From a virus: 64,000 nucleotides of DNA. Position numbers and translations under genes: made by a program. The DNA is taken from the IMG/VR virus record IMGVR_UViG_3300026484_000436, positions 32,001-96,000 of that record; one strand, 5' to 3'. Below are positions 48,851 to 58,159 of the stretch, one piece after another. The notes under the pieces are model-generated. The model searched no databases, was not told the origin of the DNA, and saw nothing but the letters and a program-made list of their open reading frames with translations. Positions within the stretch are counted from its first letter, which is position 1. Each line of letters starts with the position of its first letter.

Positions 48851-49963
48851 TTAAGAAATATAAGCAGAAGTTAATCTTTTAATTTCTTCGATTCCACCAT
48901 CAACGACACCTGATGAAGCAATACCACAAGCAGCAACAATACTTCTCATAGTTAATTTTCCTTCACCTTCTTTCATCGCTTCAAGTAATTCTTCTTTATC
49001 TTCTAGTTCCATTTCAGGTACGATAAATTGTAATAATGATTTAATTCTTTCTACAACATCTTCTCTTCTTAAGAAAACATCCATAAAAACACTTCTTGAT
49101 TTAATTGCTGCTAAATCAGGGTCTTTAAGAAATTTATCACCTGGTAAATTCGAAACGAAAATTATTTGACTATCAAATTCAAATGATGAAGGTAGTCTAT
49201 ATTTTTTACTTCCAATTAAACCGATTTTATCAGGGTCCTGAAATGCTAAATCTAAATTTGCCAAATATTCTTTTGCCTTTTCAGGCTCTAACCCATCCAC
49301 ATTTAAAGTCGCATTTGAAAACCAACTGATTTCTCTCATTGTATCTGTATCCATTGCAGATTTAAGCATATTTATACAATCTCTATCGTTTAAGAATCCA
49401 TCTGAATCATCGAAAACAATCGTCATATTTTTTCTGTATTGGTATAAAATTCTATATAATCCTAATGCTGTTCCTTTAAGTCCTTTAAAATGTTTCCATT
49501 TCGCATCAGGTCCTTTTGGATCTCCATACATTTCTTTAAGTGCCTTAGACACATGGAATGTGTTATGATGAACGAATCCATAAGCATCACTATAAAGGTG
49601 ATTATCAGTGTTAATAGCAATATCATATACAACTTGTTTAGGTAATTCTTCAATTTCAACGATTTTTTCGTTTCCATTTCTATTAACTAATACATCCTCT
49701 ACTTTTATTTCACTTGTATCTGTCATTCCTCTTTCAGTTAAAATTCCGTGTGCTTTAGCAACTTCAACCACTTTTCCTGTTTCAGTAGTGATTTTTAAAA
49801 CTTCATATTCTTTAATAATCATTCCTGAAATTTCCTGAAATTCTCCATTTTCATCTTTTATTTTGAATTTTGTTTTAGGTGAATACATTTCATCAACTTT
49901 GAAAATATGCCCTTCTTTTTCAGAAATAGTATCAAAAATTTCTTTAAAATTCATTTGTCTCAT
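48851..49963 (-). CDS. Split-intein C-fragment (aa 1-134) fused to the C-terminal part of an AAA+ ATPase
   Basis: Block B-like VAKAH, block F VYDIAI...HLY, block G HHN followed by T; then Walker B IVFDDSD. Confidence 0.9.
   Translation of the reverse strand: MRQMNFKEIFDTISEKEGHIFKVDEMYSPKTKFKIKDENGEFQEISGMIIKEYEVLKITTETGKVVEVAKAHGILTERGMTDTSEIKVEDVLVNRNGNEKIVEIEELPKQVVYDIAINTDNHLYSDAYGFVHHNTFHVSKALKEMYGDPKGPDAKWKHFKGLKGTALGLYRILYQYRKNMTIVFDDSDGFLNDRDCINMLKSAMDTDTMREISWFSNATLNVDGLEPEKAKEYLANLDLAFQDPDKIGLIGSKKYRLPSSFEFDSQIIFVSNLPGDKFLKDPDLAAIKSRSVFMDVFLRREDVVERIKSLLQFIVPEMELEDKEELLEAMKEGEGKLTMRSIVAACGIASSGVVDGGIEEIKRLTSAYIS
49562..49963 (-). mobile_element. IntC fragment of an atypically split intein (134 aa)
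   Basis: HINT motifs ending in His-Asn with +1 Thr. Confidence 0.88.
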
Positions 49964-50004
49964 TTATAATTCCTTTGTTTATTTTTTACTTTTATGCCAA
50001 AAAC

Positions 50005-50073
50005 CTACCAAAAAATTGGACAGGTTTCCAATTTACCATTTTTTAAATTTGTTATCTTGTAGATAAAACCCAA
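50005..50073 (-). pseudogene. Remnant of a GIY-YIG homing endonuclease gene
   Basis: TTG-started mini-ORF MGFIYKITNLKNGK... with AAGGA RBS, truncated after 22 aa. Confidence 0.75.
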
Positions 50074-50075
50074 AA

Positions 50076-50909
50076 TTATAATCCTTCAACCTCAAGAACC
50101 ATATTTTCAGATCCACATTTTCCCACACCTGCCATTCCTGCTACTATCAGACCTTTTTGTGCTCCTGTCGCAACAACTTTTACAAGAATTTCAATATCTT
50201 TAAAAATAAGTTCAGGGTCTGCATATTTTCTTTCTGCTAATTTTTTCTCAGCAGTTTTCATTTGTTCTGTAATTGAATTATCTTCAGCAGAACCTTTTGT
50301 GATTTTGAATGATTTATATTCATCGTCGTCCCAAACACCTTCATCTTTCATAATTTTTTTAAGTTTTTGAGCAGAACTTCCACCTTGCATTGGGTCAATA
50401 CCTTTTGCTATCGCATAAGCATTTATTTTTTTGTTTAATTTAGGATTAAACTCTTCATTTACACTTTCTCCAATCGAAGCAGAATTATTTTCAAGTGCAT
50501 CTTTAATTACACCAACCACTTCCACGATATTTAACCAATCAGGAATATAAATTGTTTGTGAGGGTTGTCCGAATGATGAACTTCCATCAGGTCTCCAAAA
50601 ATCGACTCTATTTACACTAAATTTATTTTTTAAACCTTTCGCTTTTGTTTTTCTATTAACAAATCCAAATCTAATCATATATCCATTTTTTGAAAGATAT
50701 TGAAAACCTACACCTTTTTCTCCATCGCTACTTGTAAAATCATTTTTGAAAAACGAATCTGTCATTTTTTTAAATTTACCAAATTTACTTTTTGAAAATA
50801 AACTTGCTAAAAGTTCTGAAACTTTTAATAGATTTTTTTCACTGAACGCTTCGTTTAAATACCCTTTCGAACTTAAACCTTTTGCTTCTAAAATAACATC
50901 TTTAAGCAT
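50076..50909 (-). CDS. N-terminal part of an AAA+ ATPase ending in a half Walker A plus IntN
   Basis: GLIVAGMAGVGK/C; MLKDVILE leader; TTAAATA at 50941-50947. Confidence 0.88.
   Translation of the reverse strand: MLKDVILEAKGLSSKGYLNEAFSEKNLLKVSELLASLFSKSKFGKFKKMTDSFFKNDFTSSDGEKGVGFQYLSKNGYMIRFGFVNRKTKAKGLKNKFSVNRVDFWRPDGSSSFGQPSQTIYIPDWLNIVEVVGVIKDALENNSASIGESVNEEFNPKLNKKINAYAIAKGIDPMQGGSSAQKLKKIMKDEGVWDDDEYKSFKITKGSAEDNSITEQMKTAEKKLAERKYADPELIFKDIEILVKVVATGAQKGLIVAGMAGVGKCGSENMVLEVEGL
50079..50117 (-). mobile_element. IntN fragment of the split intein (13 aa, CGSENMVLEVEGL)
   Basis: Cys immediately after GMAGVGK; stop 13 codons later. Confidence 0.85.
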
Positions 50910-50957
50910 TTTTATCCTTTATTTTAAGTTTTGTTTATATTATTTAAAATTCAATTA

Positions 50958-51629
50958 TCAAATATTTATGTTTATAATCTCATTTTTCTCATAAAAATCT
51001 GACTTGACATTCAATAAGTCTGCGATTTTTTGAATTTCATTTTTATTTACCTCATTTAACCAATAAATTTTTTGAATTTTAAAATTTGTCATCAAACATT
51101 CATTATAGTTTGTTTGAATGTTTTCTTTTATAAATTTATTAAAAATTTTGTACCCACCCTCATCCAACCAATCAAGTATTCTATTATAATAAGTTTCAAG
51201 TGGATTATCACTTTCTAATGCTTTTTTTGAAAAACCACTTAAAAAGAAATTTAATTTTTTGCCAGCAGGAAAATCCGTTTTTATCCATCTTCTTCCTTGT
51301 GTATCAGGAAAAGTATATAAGTCAGCATTACCTTCAAGAATACAATCACCTTTAATTTTCACAAGAATAGGAGTACCACTTGAAATAACAGGTAATTTCA
51401 TCAGATCATTTCCACCCTTAGAAAACCCAGAAATAGTTTTATCTGTTTTTTGTATTTTTGCTAAATCTTTGATATAACTATTTGTAGTCAAGTGATAACA
51501 TTCTTTATCTTCAATTAGATAACCCAATTCTTCAGACATTTCCTTAAAAAATGGTATAAAGTTATTTTTAATTAAAAAAGTTTCATCATATTGTTTAGTT
51601 GCCATTTTTTCGAGGATTTTTTTAAGCAT
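50958..51629 (-). CDS. Hypothetical MLK-leader protein (possible ADP-ribosyltransferase-like fold)
   Basis: Start re-assigned to MLKKILE at 51629; YHLT...ISGFS...YNE. Confidence 0.4.
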   Translation of the reverse strand: MLKKILEKMATKQYDETFLIKNNFIPFFKEMSEELGYLIEDKECYHLTTNSYIKDLAKIQKTDKTISGFSKGGNDLMKLPVISSGTPILVKIKGDCILEGNADLYTFPDTQGRRWIKTDFPAGKKLNFFLSGFSKKALESDNPLETYYNRILDWLDEGGYKIFNKFIKENIQTNYNECLMTNFKIQKIYWLNEVNKNEIQKIADLLNVKSDFYEKNEIININI

Positions 51630-51774
51630 TTTTAGGTTTCTCCCCAGAAACTTTTCTAACTTCTTCAAGTGGGTTTTCATCGATTCTTCCAAAAATATAA
51701 TCCATTAACAACTTTTCATTATCTTTGTTTTTTAACCATTCCTTAGCATACTCGCTTAATTTTTCGTGTTTCAT
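51622..51774 (-). CDS. Small hypothetical protein (50 aa, MKHEKLSEYAKEWL...) missing from the track
   Basis: AAGGAG RBS; stop overlaps the start of the next gene. Confidence 0.6.
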   Translation of the reverse strand: MKHEKLSEYAKEWLKNKDNEKLLMDYIFGRIDENPLEEVRKVSGEKPKNA

Positions 51775-51784
51775 TTATATCTCC

Positions 51785-52003
51785 TTATATGTAATTTATT
51801 ATTCCTATTATATTAACAATAACATAAACAGCATTTAGTGTAATAAGATTTTTATTTTTAATATCATAACCAAATTTTAAGTAACAAAAACTGCTCAATA
51901 AAAAAATAAAAAATCCAATACCATTTATGCCTATATTTGATGCTATTATAACTGCCCCTACAATACCAAAAAGTGTTCCCAAAAAGTCCCATTTAAGATT
52001 CAT
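51785..52003 (-). CDS. Small membrane protein (three TM helices)
   Basis: Hydrophobic throughout. Confidence 0.6.
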   Translation of the reverse strand: MNLKWDFLGTLFGIVGAVIIASNIGINGIGFFIFLLSSFCYLKFGYDIKNKNLITLNAVYVIVNIIGIINYI

Positions 52004-53108
52004 TTTGTGCCTTTAATTTACTTATCATCTCCCTTGCTTTATTAAGTTTATCATATCTTTTGATATAATATTCTTTACATTTTTTAACTAATTCATCTTC
52101 ATCTCTTGATTTCATAATTGCCCCGAAGAAAAATGCTTTTTTATGTTTAATCGCATATTCTTTTCTATCCATTGTTTCTTTTTCTTTAAAAATTTCAAGT
52201 GCTTCTTTTAGTCTATGGTTGAAATTGTGAGAAACTAAATCTCTAACTTCTTCAACTTTTTTGAATTTATCGCCTTTTAAATTACTCATAATATCGTCGA
52301 TATTTTCATTTATTATATGTTCTATAAGTTTGTTTTCAACTAATTCATTTGGGCTTATTAAATGATGTAAAGCAAAATACCATTTTGTTTTGAATTTTCT
52401 AAATTGTGTTTTTCTGTTTTTTATGCTTTTATTTCTAACAACCCACCCTTCAAGTCCTATAACTGTTTCTTGTAATTCTTCAAGTTCTTTAAGTGTATAT
52501 TTATATTTTTTTGTAACATATTTTTCTGGAACTTTTGAAATGATAAAATCATAATCCATATAATTACCATCTTTATCTCTTATTTGTAGGATTTTTAACT
52601 CGCTTTTATCATAATCTATAACTATTTGATTAAAAGGTGATATATATTCCATTAAAGGAAAATATCCTTCTTTAATTAAACCTTTTAAAATTATTCTTAA
52701 TTCAGGTTCATTATCCAAAATCATTTGAGCATTCATTGCTTGTTCTGAGTTGAATGTTCCTTTTGTTTTTAATCTTATGTTATCATTAATAAAAATAGGT
52801 TGAATTAAACTTCCATCTAATTTTTCTGTAACCTCAATTTCATTATCTGTATCCCATTTCGCATGCTCGTCCATTGTGAATGGATTTTCATTATGATTGA
52901 AAAACTTATGTAGTGAATACCACACTTTTCCCGTATCCAATTCAATCGTTAAACCTCTTAATTCTTCTGAACCTTCAGGTAAAAAATCCGAGTAACTTCC
53001 CAATCTGTAATTGAAAATTCTAAATGTTTTATCTTCAACTATTTCATCTTTATAATAAAATACATCTGAGTTGTTTTCAACTATTTTCATTGCTTTTTTT
53101 AAATTCAT
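51993..53108 (-). CDS. rnlA: RNA ligase 1 (T4 RnlA-like)
   Basis: IFNY, ELRGL, KFFN, EKLDGSLI, EGWVV, KFKT.WY..LH motifs. Confidence 0.9.
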   Translation of the reverse strand: MNLKKAMKIVENNSDVFYYKDEIVEDKTFRIFNYRLGSYSDFLPEGSEELRGLTIELDTGKVWYSLHKFFNHNENPFTMDEHAKWDTDNEIEVTEKLDGSLIQPIFINDNIRLKTKGTFNSEQAMNAQMILDNEPELRIILKGLIKEGYFPLMEYISPFNQIVIDYDKSELKILQIRDKDGNYMDYDFIISKVPEKYVTKKYKYTLKELEELQETVIGLEGWVVRNKSIKNRKTQFRKFKTKWYFALHHLISPNELVENKLIEHIINENIDDIMSNLKGDKFKKVEEVRDLVSHNFNHRLKEALEIFKEKETMDRKEYAIKHKKAFFFGAIMKSRDEDELVKKCKEYYIKRYDKLNKAREMISKLKAQNES

Positions 53109-53120
53109 TTGGTACTCCTT

Positions 53121-53324
53121 TTATTTTGAAAAAAATTTAATAATTACGAATAATACACCTGTTATTTGTGGTAATGTTAATTCATAAAAAACAACTTGAT
53201 GACCTATTAAAAATTGTATAATAAACCCTATACCATACCCAATGAAAAAAGTAATGACAGTTGCCAACAATATAATTCCTATTGTAATTGCTATTATTTC
53301 AATTGTTTCAATTGTTTCTCTCAT
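53121..53324 (-). CDS. Small membrane protein
   Basis: Two hydrophobic helices; has its own sigma70 promoter. Confidence 0.6.
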   Translation of the reverse strand: MRETIETIEIIAITIGIILLATVITFFIGYGIGFIIQFLIGHQVVFYELTLPQITGVLFVIIKFFSK

Positions 53325-53361
53325 TTTGTTTCCTTTTTGTTTTATTTCTTTTTATATTATA

Positions 53362-53390
53362 ATTATAACAAAAAAACAAAAAGAAGTCAA
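53362..53390 (-). promoter_or_regulatory. Sigma70-type promoter with extended -10
   Basis: TTGACT-N17-TATAAT with TG. Confidence 0.8.
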
Positions 53391-53408
53391 GTAAAATTCA
53401 ATTAAAAT

Positions 53409-53633
53409 TTAAACTTTTTTAAATTTTCTTTTGTTTTTATACTTTTTTATTTTTTGATGCCATTTTAAACATTTAGGCCTATGAAATAAATTTATTAAAA
53501 AATTACTAAATTTTTTATATCTTTTTATTCCATCACTTGAATAATTTCTTTCTCTCGGGTCATTATACTTTTTTGAATTTAATAATTTTAATTCAAGTTT
53601 ATATCTTTTACACGGATTTGTTTTTGTATTCAT
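53409..53633 (-). CDS. Small basic hypothetical protein
   Basis: ORF directly downstream of rnhB. Confidence 0.4.
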   Translation of the reverse strand: MNTKTNPCKRYKLELKLLNSKKYNDPRERNYSSDGIKRYKKFSNFLINLFHRPKCLKWHQKIKKYKNKRKFKKV

Positions 53634-53642
53634 AATAAGCCC

Positions 53643-54179
53643 TTATAAATGTATATCGTAAGTTTTTCTATGAAAATCCTGTAACCCATTTTCTCTAATT
53701 TCTTCTTTGTGTTTTTTAGTTACATAACCACTATGCTTTGTAAATTTAAAATTTGGATTTTCTTTTTCAATTTCTATATTCTCTAATTCCTTATTATATT
53801 TTGCTAAAATACTTGCTGCTGAAATTTCTGGTATTTTTGAATCGCCCTTAACTAATGTTTGGATTATTTCTACACCATAATTACAATTCCCATCATATAT
53901 AAAAACATCATCATCAAAAAAAGTGGTAATTTCTTCAAGAGCAGTTTTTAATGTATTACTTAATCCATTATCATCTATATATTTGGCATTAAAACTTAAA
54001 ACAATACTTTTAAATCTATTATCATTTTCAAGTTTTTCGCCCAACTCAAAAATCTTCTTTTTTGATAATTTTTTACTATCCATAACTAATTGTTTCCAAT
54101 CTTCAGGCAAATCTTTGACTGCTGCAACGAAAAGACTACCACCTACACATCCTCTACCTGATTCATCTATTCCAATCAT
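53643..54179 (-). CDS. rnhB: Ribonuclease HII
   Basis: IGIDESGRG, DSKKLS, DG, KGDS...ISAASILAK, GY.TKKH motifs. Confidence 0.93.
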   Translation of the reverse strand: MIGIDESGRGCVGGSLFVAAVKDLPEDWKQLVMDSKKLSKKKIFELGEKLENDNRFKSIVLSFNAKYIDDNGLSNTLKTALEEITTFFDDDVFIYDGNCNYGVEIIQTLVKGDSKIPEISAASILAKYNKELENIEIEKENPNFKFTKHSGYVTKKHKEEIRENGLQDFHRKTYDIHL

Positions 54180-54227
54180 TTTTATCTCCTTATTTTTATG
54201 CTCATGTGAAATAATCCAACCAAAGGG

Positions 54228-55355
54228 TTAGACATTTTTGATATATTCAAAATCGATTTTATCATTATATCCAATCGGATTTAATAAATAGTCAATTTCT
54301 TCACTCTCTTGTAGTGATTTTTCACTATTTCCGAAATTTAAAAATTTGCCAATCCATTTTAATGGATTTTCATTTATATCTGGATAAATCGACTTTAAAC
54401 CAATTGCTCTTAAACGGACATTTGTTATAAATTTAACATAATTTTTTGCGATTTCTGAATTTATACCCATAGGACTTCCATATTGATATAATTCATCGAT
54501 CCATTTCATTTCTTCTTCACTTGCTTCCCAATACATATCATATATTTTTGAAGTAATTTTTTCAAAAATACCTTTAAAATTCGGGTCTTTTTTAAGAATT
54601 TGAATAGTTTTTTGTGTAAAAGCAAGATGTTTATTTTCATCTCTTGCAATAAGTTGAAGAATTCTTGAACTTCCTGCCAATTTATTAGTAAATTCTGTAA
54701 TACTCCAAACACTCGCAAAACCTGAATAAAATCTGATACCTTCAAGAATGTTAATGGAAATCATTGCTAAGAATATTCTTTCTTTAAATTCCTTCATCCA
54801 ATCATTTGAAATAGGTATGCCTTTTTGATTTTTATAGACATATTCTATAACCCATTCGTATAAATTATTGTACTCTCTAATTACTGTATCTGTTTCTTTA
54901 CCTAATTCTTTGTTATCCCAACTATTATCAAAAATCAATTCTGGGTTTTCACTCATCATAAATTCAACCATATAAGAATAACTAAATGAATGGATCGCTC
55001 CTTCAAAAAATTGAATAATGTTTAAAGCACCTTCGAATTCAGGATTTGTAGTGATTTGCCCAAACATTAAAACAGGACTTCTCCCTTGTAGTGAATCAAG
55101 CATAACTAATTTCGAAATAACAGTAGTGAAAATATGTTTTTCAACTTTACTTAAATTTTGAAAATCTGCTTTATCATTTACGAGCGATATTTCTTGTGCT
55201 TGCCAAAATAAGTCTTTCATATCCTGATTTAATTTAGCATAAAATTCATACTTTACCTTATCGTATCTTTGAGTGTTTCTCATACAACCAAAAAACAAAG
55301 GTTGTTCTTCCGTTTTTGTTTTTTGATTTGTATATAATTCTAATTTACAATCCAA
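54228..55355 (-). CDS. nrdB: Class Ia ribonucleotide reductase beta subunit
   Basis: FW..EI, LDSLQ, E..IHS.SY, LEGIRFYSGF, IARDENKH motifs. Confidence 0.95.
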   Translation of the reverse strand: MDCKLELYTNQKTKTEEQPLFFGCMRNTQRYDKVKYEFYAKLNQDMKDLFWQAQEISLVNDKADFQNLSKVEKHIFTTVISKLVMLDSLQGRSPVLMFGQITTNPEFEGALNIIQFFEGAIHSFSYSYMVEFMMSENPELIFDNSWDNKELGKETDTVIREYNNLYEWVIEYVYKNQKGIPISNDWMKEFKERIFLAMISINILEGIRFYSGFASVWSITEFTNKLAGSSRILQLIARDENKHLAFTQKTIQILKKDPNFKGIFEKITSKIYDMYWEASEEEMKWIDELYQYGSPMGINSEIAKNYVKFITNVRLRAIGLKSIYPDINENPLKWIGKFLNFGNSEKSLQESEEIDYLLNPIGYNDKIDFEYIKNV

Positions 55356-55383
55356 TTTTATCTCCTTAAAAATTTTTCAATTT

Positions 55384-55614
55384 TTATATTTTTTTAACCT
55401 TACCTGCACTCATATCTGCTTGAATGGCATCATCAATTTCACTATTTGAACCCAATTCATTATATTTATTAGCATATTGTTTAACTAATTCATCAGGGTG
55501 CATATCCGAATCTTCAATAACCTCGAATTTTTCCTTATTCCATACGAAATAACCACTTTTAGCACTTACTTTTTTCTTTGCTTCGTCCATACTTTTTAAA
55601 ATTTCTTTTAACAT
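55384..55614 (-). CDS. Small MLKEIL-leader protein between nrdA and nrdB
   Basis: AAGGA RBS; TTAAATA at 55635-55641. Confidence 0.6.
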   Translation of the reverse strand: MLKEILKSMDEAKKKVSAKSGYFVWNKEKFEVIEDSDMHPDELVKQYANKYNELGSNSEIDDAIQADMSAGKVKKI

Positions 55615-55646
55615 TGTCTTCCTTTGTTTTAATTTATTTAATTAAA

Positions 55647-55672
55647 GTGGATGCTCTATAATGAGCATCCAC
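55647..55672 (-). terminator. Terminator overlapping the nrdA stop
   Basis: GTGGATGCTC-N6-GAGCATCCAC perfect 10-bp stem. Confidence 0.7.
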
Positions 55673-58109
55673 CCCCAGCACACCCAACTTCATCATCGAT
55701 TTTTTGTAAAACTTCATTTTTACTATGGTCATCAGTCTTTCCTATAACATAATATAAAGTTTTAATACCATATTTATGTATAAAATAAATCCTTTTTAAA
55801 ACTTCATTAAAAGGAATTTTTTTATCTGGGAATTTCGTAAAATCGACATTTTCATTAAGTGATATTGCTTGGTCCGTCCATTTTTGAATAACTGCTATAA
55901 GTTTCCAATACTCTAAAACATCACTATCAAGTGCCAGATTTCTTTTATAAAATTTTTTATATTTTTTGATTTCTGGCAAAACACCATAAACATTTATTTT
56001 ATTATCTTCTACTGAGTATTTTAATGACTTGGGCATATTTATACCACTAATCATTCCTGCTGGTCTTGAAGAATTTGAACTTGGTACTGCAGTTAAAATA
56101 GTTGAATTTCTTAAACCATTTGTTTTAATATCATTTTTTAACTTATTCCAATCTAATTTCGGGTCGTGCTTAACCAAATCATTTACATTTTTTTCATACC
56201 AATCTTCTGGGGTCAATCCATCACTATATCTTGTATCTTTAAAATAATTACAACTACCTTTTTCTTTTGCTATTTCATTACTTGCTTTTAAACCATAGTA
56301 TAAAAATTCTTCCATAACATCATTAACTAAATCTCTTGCTTTTTGAGTGTTATAATCGGCATCATTTTTCGCAAGCAAATAAAATAAATTTCCAGGACTT
56401 ATACCCAGTGCTCTTCTATTTTTTGTGAATTTTTCAAATGATTCTATACCAAAATAATCTTGATAATCAATCTTTTCATCTAAAAACTTGACTAATAATT
56501 TCATATTTTTTTCAAAAAATTCTCTCCTTTCATCGACATTCTCGGGTAGATTACCAAAATTTATCCCACCTAAAATACAACTAAATGTCTCTCCAAAATT
56601 GATTTTAAATTTTTTACCATTATCATCTAAAATTTTCTTTAATTCTTCTAAAATAGGTACATTTTCAAAATCCACAATTTCATACCTAAAATATCTATAT
56701 AATTGGAACCATCTACCACTTGAATATAAATCATCTAACCATTTTTTTGCTTTCTTTTTAGATTTTACTTTTATAATATAATCTTCATCAGGAAAACTTG
56801 GGCTTTGTATTTCGCAACATAAATTGCTTGTATTTACAGGTAACTTCCAAGCACTTTGATTTTGAAATGCATTAGCATTGACTAAATAATTTCTATTCGT
56901 TGAATATCTTTCATTCACAAAAATTTTAAAAAAATCTTCTGCTTTAATTGTTTTTTTAGTTTCAACTTCTTTCTCAAATCTTTCATACTCTTTTTTGAAT
57001 TCTTCGGTTCCTATTTTATCCCATAAGTCATTGACTGTATTTAGATGAAATAATGAAATATCTTCATCTTTTTCAAGTCTTTCGAATAATAATTTTAAGT
57101 CCATACTAAAAGCGTGATCTGCTTGTCTGACCGACATTTCTTCAGAACCTCTATTATTTTTCAACTTAACCAAATCCTCGTACTCGTAATGAAAAAATGG
57201 ATAATACATTGTAGTAGAACCTGTCCTCCCACTATTAGGTTGAGTTGAACTTTTACTAATTTTTTCTTGAACTTGAAGATAAGGTATCGTCCCTGTATGT
57301 CCTTCAAAACCTTTTCCTATATCGGCACCCAACCCTCTAATTTCCTCCTTTATACCAATACCTGCTCTTAACTTTGTGATAAGTTTAAACATCGATTTGG
57401 CAGAATTAGAAATGCTTTCAATACTATCCCCCGAATTCAAACCAGCACAACTTGTAAATCCTCTCATCGTTGTTCTAATACCAGACATATCTGGCGTTGG
57501 TAAAAATATATCAAAATTTGATAATGCTCTATAAAAATTTTTAATATACCAACTTCTTTCTTTTTTGTCTTCAATTCTTGCGAAAACATATAAAGGTATC
57601 ATAAAATAAATTTCTTGTGGAGTTTCAACTGCTTTTCCATCTCTTTTTATCGCATATTTTTTGAGCATTTGATTGATTCCTAAATAACCAAATTTATAAT
57701 CGTTTTCAAAATCAATAACCTTTAAAAGTTTTTTTAATTCTTTTTCACTATAATACATAAATAGTTCTGGGTCATAAATTTTATTTTTAATTTGATTTTT
57801 TATTCTATCTAAATCAAATTTTGGAATAAAACTTCCATATATTCTTTTATATAAATCTTGAAGTTCTGTTCTACAAGCGGCATATTGATAATCTGGATGC
57901 TCTTCATCTATCAAGTCAGCAATAGATAAAGTTAAACTTTTCTGAATTTCTTCCGTCGTAATTCCATCGTATAATCTTATTCTAAAATTATTAACAATTT
58001 CGTTTATATCACAATCTAACCCTTTAATCGCATATTTTATATGGGTATAAATTTTATCGAAATTGAAAGGAACAAGATCTCCATTTCTTTTCTTAACTTT
58101 AATATCCAA
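55656..58109 (-). CDS. nrdA: Class Ia ribonucleotide reductase alpha subunit with an N-terminal ATP cone
   Basis: VKKRNG ATP cone, TSC, SNLCCEI, DQAIS.N, GIKTLYY, C-terminal CAGGGC. Confidence 0.95.
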   Translation of the reverse strand: MDIKVKKRNGDLVPFNFDKIYTHIKYAIKGLDCDINEIVNNFRIRLYDGITTEEIQKSLTLSIADLIDEEHPDYQYAACRTELQDLYKRIYGSFIPKFDLDRIKNQIKNKIYDPELFMYYSEKELKKLLKVIDFENDYKFGYLGINQMLKKYAIKRDGKAVETPQEIYFMIPLYVFARIEDKKERSWYIKNFYRALSNFDIFLPTPDMSGIRTTMRGFTSCAGLNSGDSIESISNSAKSMFKLITKLRAGIGIKEEIRGLGADIGKGFEGHTGTIPYLQVQEKISKSSTQPNSGRTGSTTMYYPFFHYEYEDLVKLKNNRGSEEMSVRQADHAFSMDLKLLFERLEKDEDISLFHLNTVNDLWDKIGTEEFKKEYERFEKEVETKKTIKAEDFFKIFVNERYSTNRNYLVNANAFQNQSAWKLPVNTSNLCCEIQSPSFPDEDYIIKVKSKKKAKKWLDDLYSSGRWFQLYRYFRYEIVDFENVPILEELKKILDDNGKKFKINFGETFSCILGGINFGNLPENVDERREFFEKNMKLLVKFLDEKIDYQDYFGIESFEKFTKNRRALGISPGNLFYLLAKNDADYNTQKARDLVNDVMEEFLYYGLKASNEIAKEKGSCNYFKDTRYSDGLTPEDWYEKNVNDLVKHDPKLDWNKLKNDIKTNGLRNSTILTAVPSSNSSRPAGMISGINMPKSLKYSVEDNKINVYGVLPEIKKYKKFYKRNLALDSDVLEYWKLIAVIQKWTDQAISLNENVDFTKFPDKKIPFNEVLKRIYFIHKYGIKTLYYVIGKTDDHSKNEVLQKIDDEVGCAGGGCSL

Positions 58110-58127
58110 TACTTTCTCCTTTTTATA

Positions 58128-58156
58128 ATTATATCATTTTTTGAACTAAAAATTAA
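58128..58156 (-). promoter_or_regulatory. Extended -10 promoter for nrdA
   Basis: TTAATT-N17-TATAAT with TG. Confidence 0.55.
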
Positions 58157-58159
58157 AAT

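Noticed and set aside
54228-58109. Intron or intein in nrdA/nrdB
   Set aside because: Both frames are continuous, and the nrdA insert lacks C/S...HN intein ends
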